Assembly (NCBI GenBank): GCA_002269645.1
Contig: NIVC01000380.1
Coordinates: 62,001-126,000, forward strand
Origin: Macrostomum lignano
Taxonomy: Eukaryota
Length of the DNA stretch: 64,000 nt
Direction of reading: 5' to 3'
Position numbers and translations under genes: made by a program. This document shows, piece by piece, positions 39,666 through 50,048 of this stretch (its first letter is position 1; every line of letters begins with the position of its first letter). Below the pieces are notes generated by a model that worked only from the letters and a program-made list of their open reading frames with translations, was not told the origin of the DNA and did not search any database.

Positions 39666-41450
39666 TAAGTTTTTAGGACCCATCATATATAGACCCTCGA
39701 AATAGCCTAAAGCCTATACAGAATTTCATTCGATGGCATCTAGAAAATCTCTAAAATACGTGACATGCTCATACCTGCCTACTTTTAAGTGACGTACTAA
39801 TAGTACTAAAATAAAGAAAATATTGATTACACATAGTTTACAATGCCAATGTCCAACACAGTTAGAATACAAAGTCTTATTAAATTTTTATGTACATGTC
39901 TAGAATATTAATTAACTCTTACATTTAAAAAAATATTGAGTTTCTTTGCAGAAAAAACTTCTCGACGCAAACTCGATCGGTTTTGAATTGCAAAGCGTGC
40001 GTGTATATTTTCATCACCTAATTGTGCACTTACTAACTCGCTCCACGTACTATAGTTACTAACTTGATCCTGCATTCGCATAATGAGATGCAAATATACG
40101 CTAAAGCATACATGCAGTTTACCATATTTTCAGGACATTTTTTCCAGGACAGCTGTTAGTTATATGCAATAAGAAATACGACCAAAAATCTGCATGGATC
40201 GAAAATTCGAACTTTTATCTGTTGTTTGTTTTGAACAAATTATTCAATACAAAATCCGCGATGCGCTTTCAAACAAACTGGCGCATCATATGGAACCCTG
40301 GCTCTTTTGACTACATTCTGGCGCTTCTGACCGATAATTATAGTGCTTCCAAATAAGGAATTCTAGATCTTTTGACTGAAGATTCGATCTGGCGCATCCA
40401 TACTTCTGAGAGGAGTCCGACTTAACAATCAAAATACCAAGGACGACTTAATTAAATACATGGACATAATTGGTAGGATGCTACACCCAAACCACACAAA
40501 TTGAAAATGATTCTGGAGGATGGCACTGAAGAGTACTTACTACTGTACTGATAAATTAAGATGCTGAAGATGGTTCTGAAAATAATTAAAGCTTATTAGG
40601 TGACGCCAGCAGCTGGACGCACAATTCAATGAGACGGGCTTGTCAATGAGTAATATATATGCATATAATTAAAATATCCTCCCATACCGTACATATATAC
40701 CGTATGTAGACATTTATTTTGAACTCCTAGAATCAAAAAAACACAATACTTAAAATCTTTAATCTTATAAAATCCTGAAAAAATCGGCTATTCAGTACAT
40801 GTATATTGTTGGCAATAACTTAAAGCGAACAAAAGCTATGTAACTATCTGAACTCGCCAGCAATTAGAGCATTTTAATTCGCAGTGCTGTGTTTTAGTAA
40901 AATTGGTATGGCCCGAAGTAGAAAACAACCGATTAAATGATTCGTGCAGCGAGCCTTTGAAGAAGATCGCAAGTTTCAGAAGTCAAGTTTCAGACCTTCA
41001 GAATTAGTGTTTCAGTTAAGAGAAGCGAAAAAATTATTCAGGTACAATATATGTACGTGTTAATGTTAACGTACGTACGTAAACATGCACGTGCGTGCAC
41101 GCATGCACGCATGTACGCATTCTACGTACACATCAACGTTAAAAATGGTTTAAGTATTGAAATCAGGCTTCTATTGAGATAATCCACTTATTTGATGTTA
41201 GACATACTTCGAACAAAGTATAACAGCAGAAACAGCAATAATACCTACAGCAAATTCATTTGCTCTTTGTTTAAATCAGTAAAAAACGCAAATGCAAAAT
41301 TGTACAGTTCAAATTGGGCAGTTTCCCGAGAAATCTCAATTATAATTGTAATTTTGGACCTTCGAAATGGATACAAACAGCAAGTGATTGAATTTTAACT
41401 TCTATGAAAAAAGATCACAATTTCTTCAGACTTTTACTATTTTTATTATA

Positions 41451-41582
41451 CATACATACAAATTTATATACATACATACATACATATACATACATACATA
41501 CATACATACATACATACATACATACATACATACATACATCATACGTACATTTATATACATACATACAGATACTCGTACATAC
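41451..41582. repeat. (TACA)n microsatellite
   Basis: Tetranucleotide run. Confidence 0.92.
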
Positions 41583-42257
41583 AGATTTTTGTATAAAATA
41601 GTTAGGCCGCAATATTTCACACAGGGTACTGCATATAATTCAATGATACATTTGATAGGGTTGTGTCCCAGTGCACATTTTATAAAATAACAACAGCTGC
41701 ATTATTTTTTAACTGTGGTAATATGTTGAAAAGCTACATTAAGATGCTAATAAGGTATAAATAAATGCATAAATATATGCCTTATTTTAAGATTTTTCCT
41801 AAAATTCTGTTTGATTCAGGAAGAATTAAATTGATCTTTAATACTGCCATACTTTGTTAATGGTATTTAAATTGGTCTATTTATAGTAGCTATCATTTTT
41901 AGCTGCCAGGTTATTTGCTGAATCTTTTCACTAATTTTATTTTTTGCCTTCCATAGACCATAGCACTACTAAATTGTTTGATAAATGTGACTTGAAGTTA
42001 AATATTTATTGTAGCATATATAAAACAAGTTAGACATCCTGCTAAACTTGGAAAAATCTTTATACTATCAGTTATATTGAAAAAAACTCTAATATATATT
42101 GCATCTTATGGAGCTTGCAGAATAGCAACTTTTTAATTTCTATCTGCTTAATACCTTCCTCAAGTAGATTTATTAGCTAAATAAAAGCATACTAATCTTT
42201 GAAAATATATTCGAAATAATAATTAATACCAAGCAAACTTGACGATTTCTGTCAGTG

Positions 42258-45200
42258 ATGACTCATGAAAGCCAGTCGCCATTTGTAAATGCTAACAATA
42301 GACAGAATCTGTCCTGGCTAAACATCTATCCGGCTCCGGCTGAAGCATCGGCTCGAATTGAGCGCCCTAGCTCCGGTCTGAAGCGCTATTATCGCCAACA
42401 GACTGAACTACTGACCGCCTATCAGAACTTGGTTGGTTCAGGCAACGATCACAACAACAGTGAAGAAGAGAATGATAGTCAGAATCAAAGAGAGCGCACA
42501 ACTAGCGACAATGGGGACGGCAGCGCTGAGCAAAATAACTTGTCTCCGATTGCAAGGTAGATATAGCCTATTGGGTTTGAATTTCTACTTCTTGATTACG
42601 TAGGAAACCATGGCTACAAGGTACTATAGATATTTCGTAGTGCAAGTTTGAGTATAAAATTTAAAGGGGATGTCAACTTAAGGCTCTGGAATGGAGCCCG
42701 AAGTTCAGCTCCGGCCCAAACCGACTGCAATCGATAACTTGTCGGCCCAGACGGCTAGAATCGCCGAGACATCCCATCCGGCTCCCTTCCTTGGGGTCCC
42801 AGGGGATAAAGGGGATAAAATGGGGATCTCATGTCAACTTAAGGCTCTGGAATGGAGCCCGAAGTTCAGCTCCGGCCCAAACCGACTGCAATCGATAACT
42901 TGTCGGCCCAGACGACTAGAATCGCCGAGGCATCCCATTCCGTTTCAAGTGATGAAGCTCTATTCAATTCGAATATCGCATTAGCGGGTGTATTTTATTT
43001 CAGCTATTATATATTGTTTGCATTGTAATATTTCCGTCGTTTATTTTTTCCGGATTTTAGAGAATGTTTTCGCGGTTTTGATTTGACCACTTTAGGCCAG
43101 AGATTTTCGATACTGTGCGTCAAGTATTTGTAGCATTATTTTAAGCGATATATTTTAAGTGAAATATTAATGAAGTTAAGGTTTTCGTCAGTTTTTCTTT
43201 CTTAGTTTTATGACAGGTGCAGATTTGTTGCAGATTGCGTTTTATACTTGCTAGTAATGTCCGATTTTACTTGCTCTCAATGTGGTCATCAATTCAGCAA
43301 AGCAGCCAATTTGAACCGACATCTCGAAACGACTAGATGTGGTCGCTGCTCATCTGAATCGTCTGGAGCCTTCGCGCCTCCGAGAAACGCACGAGAGGCG
43401 CTTCAGTTTCTTGCGGTCGGTGGTAAGTATGTGAAAGTTTTTTTGAACCCAAACCTTTTTCCACGAACCGCAAATGAGAAGGAGTTCAAACGTATTTGCG
43501 GTCTTAGCTATAGTGATTTCGATAGCTTCTCAGAAATGTTACCAGAAGTATCTCGCCTTCGTATTTTGACAAAGCCGTCTCGAATATTTTTGTACCTGAA
43601 GAAGCTTCGCCAAGGTTGCAGCTTTCAATCATTAGCTTTCGATTTCAACATTTCTGCCCAAAGAGCATGCGACATTTTTTGGGAGATTGCCAAGGAGCAG
43701 TACCTACGGGATCCATATCAACCGAGGTCGATAGCGTCGACTCCGATTCAGACTCTGCTTGAGGAAAACGTAGTACGCGATCAATTTATTCTCGGTGTAT
43801 TTCACACACTACTCAAAGGCAAGAAGCTTGTTCTTCTAGTGGGTGATCATACTTACTTTTATCTCCCTAAGAGCAGCTCACACCACACGCAAATTCGAAC
43901 TTACTTTTCCGGCAAGAAAATGAATGTGAACAAAAAAATGGCGGTTGTCAACAGTAGAGGAAAAATTATCTACACCGCTCCCCTTACCGCCGCTATCTCG
44001 CCAACAATGGGCGATGGGAATTTGACTGCAATGCAAGTTGACATGGAGGCTGAAGGACTAATAGAGCCCATTTTGTTGCGCATTCTGTGCTCTGTACAGA
44101 AAGATTATCACGTTATTGGCATTTTCGACAAAGGTTACAGCCACCAGCTTTGTTCACCAACTTCGGTTAACTTCCGCGACTTTATAGAGACTAATAGAAA
44201 AGGCTGCACGACGCTTCTATTTCCGACCAGTCCAGGTGACCGAGTTCTAAACGAGCAGTTTGAATTTGTAAATAATGAGGCTCCTGTTGGTGACCGATCA
44301 ATACCAGGAAAGCTTACATCAATCGAAGCAAATACAAGTCGCTGCGCTACGCTTTTCCGTTATCTCGTAGAATGTAGCTTTGCTGCAATCAAGCAGGACA
44401 AATGCATAAATGAGCGACAGGAGCCGTACCAATGGCTACATGCCCCAGAGTTTACCGAACGCAGCCGGCTCGATGTTGTTATTGAAAACTCCATGGCAAA
44501 ATTCAACCGATCGCATCCAGGATTTCAAGCTACAAGGAGTCTGCCGCCGTCATGGTCAGATTGCTCCATGTTCGAATACGGACGGAACTTTGCTAAACAT
44601 CTTTTCATTGCGAATGAGCTAGACGAAATTGAGCAACTTGAGTACAATTGCGATTTGACTCGAATACCAACGAGTTCTACCCGAAAATGGACAGCAGTGG
44701 ATCCCCTGGACCCTGAAAGTTCAGGGTTCCCCAGCGTTGACGAAAGAAATCTGGAAGAGCTTAGCATCGGCCCATACCACGTTCTTCAGTCAAAACGCTA
44801 CATCGAAAACGTCAGAGTTCATGAGGTGCTCAGTAGCTACGCTGGAGACTCGTGGCGCGATTTCGAATTGTTGATTTCTGAACTGCCAAGCCATTTAAAA
44901 TGCTGGAAGTTTCATCAGCGAGCGCCACCAAAGGGGTGGAGCAGTAAGTTTGGAGAATGGAAACCATCTTGGATATATTTAGCCGTTCTTCATTCCCGTC
45001 ATCGGTCAAAAACTTACCGAGTTGTCCTTCGTATTTGCGAAACTGCAAGCGGTAACCGATTCGGATTTCGTGACTCGGGGCTGCTGCGTCTGCATGGCTA
45101 CTTTTCATCCTCAAAGGCCGGAAGCAGGACAGCAGGGTGTGACAGTCATGTTATGGCTATGGTTAGAATGCTAGGCTGTTATGCATATCACCCCGAAAGC

Positions 45201-48200
45201 TACAACATGTGCAGCAGCAGCTTCCGATTTATTGACAGTGCTTTGCCAAAAGCACTGATTGCCAATCTTTACAATGATCAATCTGGTGGTCATCCAGCTC
45301 CAAAATGCAGCTCGCAGAGACAGTGCTGAATCGCAGCAAGATGAACAGAGGCACAGTTTAAATGCTACTGGTTCATTGAATTCGCCGAAGAAGTTATTTG
45401 GGTTGCCAAATAATGGCCTGCAGTGCTACGCAAATGCAGCAGTGCAATTGTTTCTCTGCTTGCATTCTAATGGATGCATTTTAAAAGAGACTAGCAACGA
45501 CCAAGTCCATCGAGAGCTGCTTCGTCTTCTGACGGAGATGCAACAGCGGTCTGCAACAGTCACTCCACTGTTAACGGCAGTTCGGTTGCAACATCCAGAT
45601 TCATTTCAAACAAATCAGCACCATTGCGTCAACGAATTTGTTCAAACGCTTCTAATACATCTGGAATTTCTGTCATCAGAGGCTTTCACAGAATTTTCAC
45701 TCATTCAAACTTGTCGAGATTGCCAGCGCACAAGTGCTGAAGTTCCTGTTGGCACAATCGATAACAGAGTGATTTGCATTCCTCTCTGTCAATTTGAGCG
45801 CTCAATTGTCAGTTTAGACAAAATCTTCTGCGCTTTTGTCGCTCCTCAAGTAGTGAAATGTTCGGACGCCAATTGCCTGGGCGATTGTAATCAAGGGATC
45901 GTAGTAACACCTGGAAAGTTTACCCTGATTTATCTTGATCGTGCTAGTATGGATGGCCACCTAAAGCTTCAAACTCCTGTAAGCTTTTCTTCAAGGTCAG
46001 GGGGTGTTTCTACACTTGGTAAGCCAGTGGCCACAATATCACACCATGGAAACCGACTGAAATCGGGACATTTCACAGCAAGCGTACTGAGCTGTGTGTG
46101 GACGAGAATTGACGACATGAAAGTTACGTCAGACTATAACCCGTTCGTACGTGAGCCTGAGTGCATCGTGCTCGTTGCACTTTTAAACTCGTAAAAGCAT
46201 TTTTAGCGAAAATACAATTGTTTTAAGCGAGTGTACTGTACGTTTGTATTGCATGTTTTGACATGCAGATTAAGAAACAATGTCATCCCACGCATTCTTT
46301 ACGTACCATAGGTTACATGTGAAGATAATTCAGACTGACATCAAATAACAAAAGCTTTGCATTAGTTCTTTCAATTTCTTTTAGACTCACAATTAGCTAA
46401 AAATTGGAAGTATTTTTTACTGAAGCAAAGAACTTAAACCCAAAAACCGTTTCTTAGGACTGAGAAACTTTTGCAATTATGATTTTACTCAGCTATGCGT
46501 GAGAGGCGTTACTTTATTTGCTTAAAAACGTGTGCTGCTTTGCATGACATGCTTTGTTTTTATTACTTTGATAACTTGTACAGCTTTGCATGATATGCTT
46601 TGTATCCATTACGTCATAACTTGTACAGCCTTGCGTGATATTCTTTATTTTACCAATATACATGGTTTCGGTTTATCGTCAAAAGTTCTGCTTACTAATA
46701 ACCAAATGAATTTACCAGTTAATTTTTTCAAACTGAGTTTCCAGATCGGCATTTTTAACACTGTTTCGATACGAGCAAATCATTTTTATTACTTAACAAT
46801 CAATATATAATAGCTGAAATAAAATACACCCGCTAATGCGATATTCGAATTGAATAGAGCTTCGTCACTTGAAACGGGATGGGATGTCTCGGCGATTCTA
46901 GTCGTCTGGGCCGACAAGTTATCGATTGCAGTCGGTTTGGGCCGGAGCTGAACTTCGGGCTCCATTCCAGAGCCTTAAGTTGACATGAGATCCCCATTTT
47001 ATCCCCTTTATCCCCTGGGACCCCAAGGAAGGGAGCCGGATGGGATGTCTCGGCGATTCTAGTCGTCTGGGCCGACAAGTTATCGATTGCAGTCGGTTTG
47101 GGCCGGAGCTGAACTTCGGGCTCCATTCTGGTGCTTAAGTTGACATCCCCTTTGTATCGAACGAAAAGTATTAAGTATACTGACCTAACAGTTTGAGCAG
47201 AGAGAGACAAGAGACGGAAAATGACTGGCAAAGAGGAACAAAGACTTACAGAACAGTGCACGTGAGATCCACGTCCATGATTCACCAAATCAACAGAACC
47301 TGAATAGCATATCATTAGTTCTATGAAGCCTTGATATTCGCGGAATAAAATTAGAAGTAATTACCCTTATCAGCCGTTTTATGTCGCGCTGTAAAACTGA
47401 TAAAGAACAAATTTCAAGATAAGCGATTGTAGGGTTAAGCAAATAGCGAAAGAGAGACTGGCGTGGAAAGCCGGCGCACTGATATCGATTAGGATTAAAG
47501 GAGTGAGTCATCCAACGACCTCTACCCCAAGCCTAGGCTAGCTGAACCCTTTACCCAGCCAATCAAATCGCACCAGAGCGCTTGTAAATGCGCAACACAC
47601 ACAAAGCTATATACCTATAGGCTGCAAACACTGGGGCAAAGGGGTCGATAAACTGGAGTGGGTTGGAGTAGACAGACAAGAAATACCAAACATACCGTTT
47701 TAGCAGTCCGTTCAGAACCTTTTATAGCCTAGAATGTAGCAAAAGGGCTATGACTTGAGCCTGTGTGACTAACTTATAAATCGGATTAGTTATTGTGCGA
47801 TAATTATTTGAGCAAGTGCGAAAAATTATTGAATACACATTCAAAAAAACAAAAAAAAACAGATGACGCATTTAGATATGGTTAGTGCAAGGAAGTAAAG
47901 CGTGATAAAATTGTTGAAAATAAACAATGAAAATTAAAATGAATTTCAATTTTTTTTCTCTAGCCAGAGCAAAATCAGTAAGAGTCCACCTCACGTGTGC
48001 ACCTCTGCAAAAACCCACGATCACAGGACGATTATGCCCAAGTCGCCTTGGTCACCGGTATCAACACCGGCAGCAGTTTGGACAGTTCGTCGACAGGCTG
48101 AAGCTTCTGTGCTGGCCAATATTCTATTGGGCGGCTGCAAAGCTGCAGCAGTGGCTTTGTCCGGCTCTCTAGCCGTTGTAGCCTCTCTAATTGAGTCTAG

Positions 48201-50048
48201 CCTGCAGCTGCTCAGCGGTTTTGTCGTTTGGCGGGCGAGTCAGAAAACTAGGCGACGATTTCGGTATTCGTATCCGCAGGGTCGGACTCGACTTGAGCCG
48301 GTGAGAAACCTGATATTTTTAACAGTAGAACTACCAAGGGGTTTTCCCACCGGACAATTTTTTTCGCAGACACACGAAATTCAAGAACTCTGACTAACCT
48401 TTTATTGCGCGCCTTCTCAAACAACAACCAAGTCTCCCGCCCTCCGTACCTGGTGCCATCTGTTGAAGGTCCAGAAGCTCCGTCTGAGTGAAGTCTAGTG
48501 ACCAACGAAGTTACAGCTGATGTAGACACATGTGGTCGACGTGTTGGTGAAATTTGGAGTCTTGGCAATGCTGTACAGAGGCGCAGTGCTGATTGGCGCA
48601 CAGGGGTGTACTGAATACACTAAGCGCTTATTGGGAAAAATCAGACCTGGCAGAATCGTCAAATATCTAGACGGCCCGGAAGGCCGGCGACTTGATTCTT
48701 GTTTGAGAAGGTGCGCAATAAAAAGTTCGCCCGTGTTCTTGAATTTCGTGTGCCTGCGTTGTTCCGTTCCGGCGCAGCAAAAAAATTGTCAGGGGCTGGT
48801 GTGGGGAAATTCCCCTCCCCTTGGTACGTAGATCGACGGACGAAAAAATGGCTTTGGTATTCCGACTGTTAATATATAAGGTTTCACTAGACGTTAATTT
48901 CTCTCCAGGACACCTTCAGTTTCGGTAAAAGTTCAAAAATCCAATTTGAGGAATCTTTTAGGCAATGTTCACAAAATTTAGGGCCTTTGTGAAATCAACT
49001 TGATTTACCTATGTACCTAGGTAGTTTTTGCATTTGCGTCAAAACTAATCCATATATTACAGAATGGTTGTGCTTAATCCAATAGCAATCCTACTTCAGT
49101 ATATTGTTTAACTGAGTTTTTATTCTAGAATTATCCAGCATTATACACAGTAATCGTTTCTCGTTGGACAAAAACAGGTAGCCATCGTTGTTCTAGCCGT
49201 TGTCATGGCAACAGCCACGGTGCAAATGCTGGTCCGATCTGGCGGAGAGGCGACTGTCGCCTTGGCGCAATCTGCCGGCAGCAACCGAAGCGTGCGAAAT
49301 GTAGGATTGCAAGTCGAATGTCGATGCGGCGACGTCGGCAACTGCAGCGTCGGTGAATGTCGTAGTTGGACAAAACCGATGAAAGCTCGAATAGTGAAGA
49401 CTATAGGCGAGTGCCGACGAACTCTATAGCTCCTAGCCTCAATCTCATTTTCATCTTCATGCATTAATCTCATTTTCAGGCGTCTCCGAGCTGACACCAA
49501 CGGTCGTGGCCCTCGTTGGCGCATCTGTGGCCGTGAAGGCAGTCTTGCTGATAGCCTGCCTGGCCAGCAGTCGCACTCGCGGCAGTCACAGCGGTCGCAT
49601 TCTGGCTGTCGCTCATTTCAACGACATCGTCTGCAGTTCGTTAGCGCTCGGCTCAGCGGCTGCGGCGCGCTATCTTTGGCCCTACTTAGACCCTATCGGC
49701 GCCGCTGTTATAGCGCTGTTTATAGCACAGTCCTGGATTCGAATCCTACTGCATCAGATCCGTTTGCTAACTGGTCGATGCGCCGATCACAAACTATTGC
49801 AACTGCTAATATTTGCTAGCGCCAATCACAGCCCACTAATCACTGGAGTTTGCTCTGCGACGGCTTTTCATCACGGAGTTCAATGCCTGGCCGAGGTGTC
49901 CATCCAGTTGGCGCCGGACACTCCGCTGCGATTGGCGCACGATGTCGCAGAGAAGCTGCAACAAAGGCTGGAACAAATCGAAGGTATCGAGCGAGCGTTC
50001 GTGCATCCGCACTGCGGTGACCGGCCTTGCGAGCACAAAGTGGTGTGA
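42258..50048 (+). CDS. Cation diffusion facilitator (Mn-CDF / plant MTP8-11-like metal efflux transporter), 4 exons
   Basis: Exons 42258-42556 (AG|gtag, phase 2), 47964-48300 (phase 0), 49178-49352 (phase 1) and 49480-50048 are frame-compatible. Motifs: YYRQQTELL, SVLANILLGGCK...SGSLAVVAS, YSYPQGRTRLEP, HFND, DPIGAAVIALFI and C-terminal AHDVAEKLQQRLEQIEGIERAFVH. Confidence 0.88.
42666..43016 (+). repeat. Left terminal inverted repeat (~350 bp, contains a ~110-bp direct repeat twice)
   Basis: Reverse complement of 46801-47150; internal unit at 42670-42780 recurs at 42831-42942. Confidence 0.95.
43257..45329 (+). CDS. DDE transposase, PIF/Harbinger-ISL2EU-like (N-terminal C2H2 finger, HTH, DDE_Tnp_4-type core, degenerate SWIM-like C-terminus), ~690 aa
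   Basis: CSQCGHQFSKAANLNRHL (C2H2-like); FLYLKKLRQGCSFQSLAFDFNISAQRACDIFW (HTH_Tnp_4-like); catalytic candidates LVGDHTY, IFDKGY and EANTSRCATLFRYLVECSFAAIK; C-terminal SRHRSKTYRV...KAGSRTAGCDSHV. First ATG is 43257 (the track starts at an upstream TTG). Confidence 0.9.
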   Translation: MSDFTCSQCGHQFSKAANLNRHLETTRCGRCSSESSGAFAPPRNAREALQFLAVGGKYVKVFLNPNLFPRTANEKEFKRICGLSYSDFDSFSEMLPEVSRLRILTKPSRIFLYLKKLRQGCSFQSLAFDFNISAQRACDIFWEIAKEQYLRDPYQPRSIASTPIQTLLEENVVRDQFILGVFHTLLKGKKLVLLVGDHTYFYLPKSSSHHTQIRTYFSGKKMNVNKKMAVVNSRGKIIYTAPLTAAISPTMGDGNLTAMQVDMEAEGLIEPILLRILCSVQKDYHVIGIFDKGYSHQLCSPTSVNFRDFIETNRKGCTTLLFPTSPGDRVLNEQFEFVNNEAPVGDRSIPGKLTSIEANTSRCATLFRYLVECSFAAIKQDKCINERQEPYQWLHAPEFTERSRLDVVIENSMAKFNRSHPGFQATRSLPPSWSDCSMFEYGRNFAKHLFIANELDEIEQLEYNCDLTRIPTSSTRKWTAVDPLDPESSGFPSVDERNLEELSIGPYHVLQSKRYIENVRVHEVLSSYAGDSWRDFELLISELPSHLKCWKFHQRAPPKGWSSKFGEWKPSWIYLAVLHSRHRSKTYRVVLRICETASGNRFGFRDSGLLRLHGYFSSSKAGSRTAGCDSHVMAMVRMLGCYAYHPESYNMCSSSFRFIDSALPKALIANLYNDQSGGHPAPKCSSQRQC
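45274..46194 (+). CDS. Compact ubiquitin-specific protease (peptidase C19/USP-like), transposon cargo, ~306 aa
   Basis: Cys box GLPNNGLQCYANAAVQ; QQD-box-like NQHHCVNEF; finger Zn pairs CRDC and CSDANC; His box HHGNRLKSGHFTA; WTRIDDMKV carrying the third triad residue. The ORF lies entirely between the TIRs and overlaps the transposase 3' end in the +1 frame. Confidence 0.85.
   Translation: MINLVVIQLQNAARRDSAESQQDEQRHSLNATGSLNSPKKLFGLPNNGLQCYANAAVQLFLCLHSNGCILKETSNDQVHRELLRLLTEMQQRSATVTPLLTAVRLQHPDSFQTNQHHCVNEFVQTLLIHLEFLSSEAFTEFSLIQTCRDCQRTSAEVPVGTIDNRVICIPLCQFERSIVSLDKIFCAFVAPQVVKCSDANCLGDCNQGIVVTPGKFTLIYLDRASMDGHLKLQTPVSFSSRSGGVSTLGKPVATISHHGNRLKSGHFTASVLSCVWTRIDDMKVTSDYNPFVREPECIVLVALLNS
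46801..47150 (-). repeat. Right terminal inverted repeat
   Basis: Reverse complement of 42666-43016, with about four substitutions and one short diverged patch 18-24 nt from the tip. Confidence 0.95.
48334..48824. mobile_element. TA-flanked MITE (Tc1/mariner-type signature), ~490 bp, in CDF intron 2
   Basis: TA|CCAAGGGG ... CCCCTTGG|TA. Diverged inverted arms 48334-48446 versus ~48677-48824 share GACAATTTTTT, CACACGAAATTCAAGAAC and CTTTTATTGCGC.CCTTCTCAAACAA. Confidence 0.7.

Larger units (their letters stand above)
42666..47150 (+). mobile_element. Autonomous-looking TIR DNA transposon of the PHIS group (PIF/Harbinger-ISL2EU-Spy), Spy-type insertion, 4,485 bp, in intron 1 of the CDF gene
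   Basis: TIRs 42666-43016 and 46801-47150 begin GGGGATGTCAACTTAAG and end CTTAAGTTGACATCCCC, with only a handful of differences. Flanks are AAA| and |TTT, with no TSD in any register I tested. Two long intact ORFs lie inside. Confidence 0.93.

Noticed and set aside
40250-40640. Coding-like stretch NWRIIWNPGSFDYILALL...
   Set aside because: Multiple stops and no family recognised; possibly an old relic but unsupported.
42691-42984. Twin ORFs MEPEVQLRPKPTAIDN... here and at 46833-47315 (-)
   Set aside because: They are duplicated only because they lie within the TIRs; no coding evidence.
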